NCBI RefSeq assembly: GCF_018350175.1
Contig: NC_058368.1
Location: forward strand, 192,388,001 to 192,452,000
Reading direction: 5' to 3'
DNA: 64,000 nucleotides
Source of the DNA: Felis catus
Lineage: Eukaryota
The notes under the pieces were generated by a model that worked only from the letters and a program-made list of their open reading frames with translations, did not search any database and was not told the DNA's origin. This document shows positions 56,856 to 64,000 of the stretch, in pieces; the stretch's first letter is position 1; the number at the start of each line of letters is the position of its first letter. Position numbers and translations under genes: made by a program.

Positions 56856-56886
56856 TGAATTCAAGTTTTTAAAAATTCCTGACCCA

Positions 56887-57087
56887 GGGTGCCTGGGTGG
56901 CGCAGTCGGTTAAGCGACCGACTTCAGCCAGGTCACGATCTCGCGGTCGGTGAGTTCGAGCCCCGCGTCGGGCTCTGGGCTGATGGCTCAGAGCCTGGAG
57001 CCTGTTTCCGATTCTGTGTCTCCCTCTCTCTCTGCCCCTCCCCCGTTCATGCTCTGTCTCTCTCTGTCCCAAAAATAAATAAACGTT
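56887..57087 (+). mobile_element. Young cat-type SINE (SINEC_Fc-like)
   Basis: CpG-intact copy; TSD aaaaattcctgaccca at 56871-56886 and 57088-57103. Confidence 0.93.
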
Positions 57088-57794
57088 AAAAATTCCTGAC
57101 CCAATGTGGCATTCTATATTCAGTTCTAAATGTTAATAATGACCAAAATTAGTAGTTACTTTTACTGAGTAGCAACTATATGCCAGGTTCTATGAGAAAT
57201 ACTTGACATTCATTATCTCACTTAATTCTCACAATAACGCAATGAGATAGGTGTTAATTCTGGCCACAAATAATTATTGAGTCCCTACTATGTGCCAGGC
57301 ATGCCAAGGCCAGGTAGCTGTTATCTTCAATCACAAATGAAGGTGACTGAAATTCATCAAAGAAAATAAGAAAATTAGGTGGGTGTCTGGAGTCACAGGC
57401 AGCAGCTGAATATCAGAGTGACCTTTTTCAGGGCAGTGTAACTTCCCAGACCGTATCCTTACCCCCATACGACACTGTAAGGCCTGCCTCTCTTCCTTCC
57501 ATTGCAAAATTCACAAGTAATTATGGAGAACCCATCAAATACATAAGCCTAGGGAAGATCCTAAAGATATGGAATCTTGTTTCCCCCAAAAGTAAACTCT
57601 AATGGGGGGGAGAGGGGCAAGTAATTAAGCAATAGTTCACCTCAGGCCAAAAAGGAGGTAAGACAAGATTTGCTTTGGGCAGAAAGTGACAAGAATCAAA
57701 CTAACTTGTGTGGCACCCAGGGCTTCAACACCCCATGTGCTTAAAAACACAGAGACACACAGTGAGACAATCAAACTTAAAAAATAAAAATTAT

Positions 57795-57992
57795 GGGGGC
57801 GCCTGGGTGGCTCAGTCAGTTAAGCATCCGACTTCGGCTCAGGTCATGATCTCGCAGTCCGTGAGTTCGAGCCCCTGCTGTTTCAGATTCTGTGTCTCCC
57901 TCTCTCTCTGACCCTCCCTCATTCATGCTGTCTCTCCCTGTCTCAAAAATAAATAAACGTTAAAAAAAATTTTTAAATAAATAAATAAATAA
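57795..57992 (+). mobile_element. Can-SINE with internal deletion
   Basis: Consensus head and tail; the central segment after gagcccc is missing. Confidence 0.85.
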
Positions 57993-59713
57993 TATAAAGT
58001 GGGTCCAAATACCTATTTGTATTTAATTATGTGCTTGTTTGCTCCCAGTGCTGACAACTTCCTGAAGACAGAAGAGGTCACATGAGGGACAGATAACCTA
58101 GAGACCTGATTGATAAGCTGCAGACCATCTCTGGCTTTGCTGAATGACTTTGGGCAGCGTCTGTGCCTTCCCGGGCTTCCATTTCTCTCTCCACAAAATG
58201 GGAAGCATGATACCTGCCTCTCTGGCTTATCAAGGTGAAGAAAGGTACAGTTTCCATGAAACTTCATTCTTTTGGGGGAAGCATTGGTAAAAGGTGGTGA
58301 GGTTCCTTGAGTTATCTGTGTTAGGATGAAAAATTTTAATACACATAGATGTACGGTTTTTCTCCTCTTTCAGTTTGATTTTCCAAAGGACCTTGTGTTT
58401 CTGGAAGAACTTGGGCTGTATAACTTATCTTCTGATATCAGGGGCTCCTGGGCAGGAGGCCTCTAAGCAGACATGGAGGAGTGGGTGGGGTCAGCAAGGG
58501 AGGGGCCTTGGCCTATACGAACAGTGCCAGCTGGGGAGTGTTTTTCCAAACTCTGAGAACTCTTGGGTTTTTTGGCACATGCCACAAAATTTATTTCACT
58601 TCATGGGAGGAGGCTCAGCCTAGATCTCTTCTTGTGAAGTAAATGGAAACGGCAATAGTTAACTGAGGTGGGATGGCGGGGGTACTGTGTGTTCCCGTAG
58701 TACCTCGTTAGCCCCCAGAGCAACACAATTTGTGTAAGTATGATTATTCCCATTTTACAGATGAGGAAGTAGACTCAGAGGCAGCCAAGCCTCCCCAGGG
58801 GGTTAGTAAAAGAGGAGCATGGGTTTGTAATGAAGAAGGTCTGACAGAGAATTTAACTTCCAACACATTCACCACTTGGACGCAGAGACAGGCCTCACCT
58901 CAGCCTCTCTCTCCTCCATTCTTCCCCCTTCCCCCAGCCCCACGCCCCTCCCTGGCATGCCTACACTCCTCAGATGGTCTCATGATGAGCTTGTCCACTG
59001 ATTGTCCCCCGCCTCCCGCCTCGATGCAGCCTACCACACTGCCTGAGCCAGTTCTCTGGACTCTTTCATGAACCGAGCCCTGCCTCTGCTTAACAACTCC
59101 CATTCGCACCCCTCCCTGTCCTGCTGCCTCTACCACACCCAATACCCCAGCAGCAGTGGACCACTCACTGTTTCTTTCCTTCCACAAATATTTATTAAGC
59201 ATCTACAATGTGCCAGGTACTGCCTAGGCCCTGGACATAGAGAAGTGAGCAAGATACACAAATTCCCTGCTTTTGGGAAGCTCCTGGTCTTACACCCTGT
59301 GGCCCCCACGCTTTCCTGCCTCAATTCATGTAAATTCTTTCACTGTGACATTCCTGTTCATAGTGAGGTCCTGAGTGTGAATCCCAGCTTGACCGTCTGC
59401 TGACTTTGAACAAATATTTAACTTCTCTCTAAGCCTCAGTTTCCCCATCTGTACATTGGAGATGATAATACTACTTATCTCATAGAGCTCTGGTGATTTT
59501 TAAAGGAGATAATGTGTATAATTTAATAGGACAATGCTTGCACATAGTATGCAATAAGTAAACATTACCTTTCATTACTTTATTATTGCCAGTAATGCCA
59601 TTCCATTTCCATTTGTCCAGAATTCTACTTATCCTTCAAGGCTCAACACAAAATGCCAACTTTTCACAAAATCTTATTTAATTTCCAGAACTAGAATAGA
59701 TTTCTCCCCACTC

Positions 59714-59929
59714 TTTTTTAAATTTTTTAATGTTTATTTAATTTTTAGAGAAAGAGAGACCACATGAGCAAGGGAGGGACAGAGAAAGACTGAGACACAG
59801 CATCAGAAGCAGGCCCCAGGCTCTGAGCTGTCAGCACAGAGCCCGACGCAGGGCTCAAACTCATGAACGATGAGATCATGACCTGAGCTGAAGTCGGACA
59901 CTCAACTGACTGAGCCACCCAGGCACCCT
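59714..59929 (-). mobile_element. Can-SINE
   Basis: Reverse-complement SINE; TSD gatttctcccca. Confidence 0.88.
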
Positions 59930-61199
59930 GATTTCTCCCCAGTCTTAACTCCTAGTGGCAATTTCCCTAAAGCATATAGTATTGTTTATTTCCTTTCTGC
60001 CCTCAATTATGGTTACTTATAAGTATGTCTTATCTTCCATCTAGATTATGTTTCTTGAAGGCAGGGATTGCATCCCATTGTTCTTAGTGTTTCTTATTGT
60101 AGTCATCAGTGGTGCCGTCACAGCAGGCCCTCAGTGTATTTTCTGGACAAATGAATGGATGAATGAATGAATGAATGAATGAGTGCAGGATCGCTCCTGA
60201 TCACATCAGTGTTTCAGTAACTAGAATGATACTGTCAAGGACCAAGTGCTAACTTTCATGTATACTTAATATATAATGTAGATAATAAATGTTTAGTATA
60301 ATTATATAAATTATATATATACTTTGAAATGATAAAATATAATGTGAAAATAAAATGTGCTAACTTTAGCAAACAAAGTATTTTAAGTCTAACAAAGCAA
60401 AACGCGCATATAAGCCCACAGCCCAGAGGCACTCACTGGCAACGTATTGGTGTATTTTCTTCCGGTCTTTTCTCTATGTATATTTTATCTAATTGAGGCA
60501 GTACTGCAAATTCAGCAGTTTTATTTCTTGCTTCCCTGCCTTAACACTGTATTATGAGCACTGTCCCCACATCATTTGCAAATGCCCTTCACACAGTTAG
60601 TTGTGTCATCTATTGAGCACCTATGGTTTGCTCACATCTGCCCATCTTCGGTTTGTGCCACACTGCATTTCCCAAAGGGCTTTCATGGAGACAAGACAGA
60701 TGTGATTGTCTCCAATTGGCCGCTGAAGAACTGAGCTTCACAGAAGTTCAGATAAATGCTCTAGGATCCCAGGACAGCAGAATCAGATGAGAACCCAGGT
60801 CACACCCTCTCATTCCAGACCCCTCCACCATCCCACAGGAGATACAGCACGCATTGGAAATGCAAACCTCCCACCACACCAGTCAGACAAACTCAGGTAA
60901 CCATGTTCAATCATTCCAGTGACTGGAAACATCTCAGTTCACGGAGGCAGGTAGAAATTAGCAGCCAAAACAAAGGCAGACAGCAATTTTCCTGGCAACA
61001 TGACCATAGTTAGTCACAAGTACTGAGCTCCCAGAAGAGAAGGGCCCTGACTTAGGGACTAGAGTGGAAACAATAAAGGGCAAGACATGGTCTCTGCCCC
61101 AGGGAACAAAATTCTCTACACCAGCACGGTGTTCTGTTCACACACCACTTGTCTGTCCTTTGCCTATAGCACAGGGGGAAAAAGGTAAAGGGTTTGAGG

Positions 61200-61590
61200 T
61201 CAAAAGAATTAGGTCCAAGTTTAGGTTTGTCTACTTTCTAGCTGTGTGATGTTAGGCAAGTTACTTCACTTCTCTGAGCTTTATTGTTTCCATCTATAAA
61301 ATGGTGAAAGGAAAATAGCTGATAAAATTCACTATGGTTTTGAGAACATTAAATAAACCAACATCTGTGAAAGAGTTTTATAGTCCCAGCTCTGCCACCT
61401 TTCAGCCCTGTAACCTCAGGCAAGTTCCTCCTTCACCTCTCTCTGTGTCAGTTTTCTCATCTGTAAATTGGAGATGAAGAAAACACCTCCCTTTAGGGTT
61501 ATTGTGAGGATTAAGTGAGTTAACACATGCAAAGTGCTTAGAACAGTACCTCACAAATAGTACATACTGAACAAATGTTCCCTATTATTA
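61200..61590 (+). mobile_element. MIR remnants (representative of many MIR fragments in the window)
   Basis: MIR core ggcaagttacttcacttctctgag / cagttttctcatctgtaaa / gttattgtgaggattaa...aaagtgcttagaacagtacct. Confidence 0.75.
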
Positions 61591-63494
61591 TAGTAGCATA
61601 GAATCAAGAGAATCATTCTCAAAAATCCCATAAAAAAATCAGAGCAAGTGTCTAATCTATAGATGAGGAAACCAATCCTCAGAAAGATGAGGTGTTTATC
61701 CAGAGTCCTGATGCTAATTGATGGCAGCTTCAGGACTTCTCTAGATTTCAAATGCAATGCCTTCCTTCTCCAGATAATATTCTAGCTGTTGTAAGCTGTC
61801 AGCCTTCTGGCCAATTTCAGTCCACAGGCATGTTTTGTTTGGCCCACACAGTATTCTTTTTTTAATTGAATTTAACTGTGATTAGATGGGCCCAGCACAC
61901 GCTAGTGAGCCTCAGGCCCAACCCCTCCTCTGGTGTTTGTGACTCCCAGCCAACCAGCCGACTACCCTTATTTAGATCCCTGCACAGGCTGATACAATGC
62001 CAGTCACTAAACACATGGTGTAGACAAGTTCTGGAAACTAAAGGGGAGGCAGAGAGGAGCACAGGCCAGAGGGACAGGGACGAAGTAGTCAGGGAAGCCT
62101 TCCTGGAGGTGGCTGTACTTGAGTTAAAACTTAAAATTAGGGAATGGGCTTTGTCCAGTATAAACGGGGTGGGGGGGCAGATTGCTTTAGCATTTGGTGA
62201 CCTTCAGGGATGTTTATGAGTTTCCCTGCCAAGGCTTCCGCAGGCCTTTCCCTTGGTCAAGAAGAGAAAAGAAATAAGCTGCCCCTTATCTCAGATGAGG
62301 CCATGCGACTCAGGAGGTCCAGAGTCAATACGCATTGTCACTGTTTTTGAGTAATTCATCTGTGTCATCACCCCTGAGTACTCAGCACCATGCAGGACAC
62401 CTGGAGGGAGGTGTGATCACATGAGCTGAATGGAGTATGAAGGATGGCCCCTGCCCTCGATGATAATGATAGCAAGAATAATAATGATAACGGCAGGGTC
62501 TGTAGACAGGGGCTTTTTTTGTTCCGGGTGGCAGTTCCCAAGGGAAATTCCCAAGAATGTGAATAGATAATCCACCAAGATGGAATCTGCCATCAAACTA
62601 TTTGGGAAAACATTGGGCTTATTTAAGCAATGTTAAATAAATGTTTTGCTCTGGGGTGTCTTGGGGCCTCTAGCATTCATGGTAAATCTCTCAGAAGGAG
62701 AGCATTCCCCAAACTCATGTGACACAGAGCAAATCTGAGAACCCCTTTTGAGAAACACTGACTCCCTTTCTGCTGGGGTGGTTTCAGACAAAGGGATGTA
62801 GGAAGAGGTCTGGCCCTGCTACTATTTCTTATGGAACCTAGATAAGTCCCTTTTCTTCTCTGGACTTTAGTTTTCCCATTAAAAAAAAAAAAAAAAAAAA
62901 AAGTCTGAAGGTCCTGGAAGTTTCTTCCCATCCTAGCAGTCTTGATAGCAGTTTCTAATGTTTCATACCTCTATGACAAAGAGGATGAGTGCTGGTCACA
63001 GGAATGAGGTGGGAGGGAAAAGGCTGTGGCAAGCTGATGAAGCCTCCTGACTGCCTGTCCCAGTGACAGTCACTGGATCAGAGAGGTTTGCCAATTCCCA
63101 CAGGGTCACACAGCACTTGAGTTTCTAGATTTGTGACTCAAATAATGTGAGTGGTCTAATTACTTAACGTGGGTAAAGTGCGTAGAGATGATCCCTAGAT
63201 AAAGACAAGGGAGAGCCAGGCTCATTTTGTGTGAGTAGCACTGCCTGATGCATTTTCTGCCAGCCTCCAGGGTGATGGGGCTCCCAGGGGGCCCTTCAAA
63301 CAAGAAAAGCAGGAAATGTTAAGGCATGCCTGCCACTCTCCTGCAAAAGACCCTCCAGCAACTTTGTATTGCAACAAGAATAAACTCCAGACCTGTCACC
63401 TCAGCCCACAAGACCCTATGTGCTCAAGACTCTGCCCACCCCCTACTCCCCCCTCTCTGCTCCTCTCCCCCTGCCTGCCATGTGCCAGCTTCTT

Positions 63495-63719
63495 TATTTT
63501 TTTTTTAATTTTTTTTAACGTTTATTTATTTTTGAGACAGAGAGAGACAGAGCATGAATGGGGGAGGGGCAGAGAGAGAGGGAGACACAGAATTGGAAGC
63601 AGGCTCCAGGGTCTGAGCCATCAGCCCAGAGCCCGATGCGGGGCTCGAACTCACGGACTGCGAGATCGTGACCTGAGCTGAAGTTGGACGCTTAACCAAC
63701 TGAGCCACGCAGGCGCCCC
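63495..63719 (-). mobile_element. Cat-type SINE
   Basis: Reverse-complement near-consensus copy; TSD tgccagcttctt. Confidence 0.9.
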
Positions 63720-64000
63720 AATGCCAGCTTCTTAAACACATAGAGCCCTTCCAGCCCGGGGGCTCTAGGGCAAAGAGTTCCCACTGCCCGGAACACATTC
63801 CCCCCCCCCACCCCACCCCCAGCACATGCACACACTCGAACACCATACTCTTCTCATCCTTCAAGCCCCAGCTTTAGAGGGCCCCTTCTCAGAGAGACCT
63901 TCCTCGATCAACTTGGCTGAAGCACTCCATGTTCTTCATAGCACAGATCACAATCTCTGATTTTATGTGTTTACCTCCTTTTTCCCATTTCCTTCACTAA

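Noticed and set aside
56887..56965. tRNA-like A/B boxes (GGTGGCGCAGTCGG...GAGTTCGAGCCC) as tRNA genes
   Set aside because: These are heads of tRNA-derived Can-SINEs, followed by SINE body and TSDs.
54900..64000. Search for the alternative upstream first coding exon of the shorter LARP1 isoform known in human
   Set aside because: No matching peptide in the ORF track; the region is mostly MIR/L2/SINE remnants, so the exon, if present, likely lies beyond the window.

Overview
Mammalian, most likely felid, genomic DNA, judged from many cat-type tRNA-derived Can-SINEs. The window holds the complete coding structure of LARP1 (La-related protein 1, the mTORC1-regulated 5'TOP/poly(A) mRNA-binding protein) on the minus strand. 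I resolved 19 coding exons with GT-AG boundaries and continuous phase, from the ATG at 53760 to the stop at 1252-1254: 3309 nt, 1102 aa, the long 'MATQVEPLL' isoform. The gene has a ~2.8 kb CpG-island promoter, a 32.4 kb first intron, and a 3' UTR that probably runs off the left edge. The rest is intronic or upstream sequence with SINE, LINE-1, L2, MIR and MER remnants and microsatellites. There are no prokaryotic-type systems, and I cannot demonstrate a new gene. The best leads are regulatory and all remain inference: a perfect ATF4-type CARE abutting an E-box in the promoter; candidate alternative first or poison exons in intron 1, one behind a long (CT)n TOP-like tract and one whose 5' splice site folds back onto a U1-mimic sequence; a recursive-splice-like AG|GT site; and an internal oligo(A) tract, a poly(A) signal and a possible intron in the 3' UTR.
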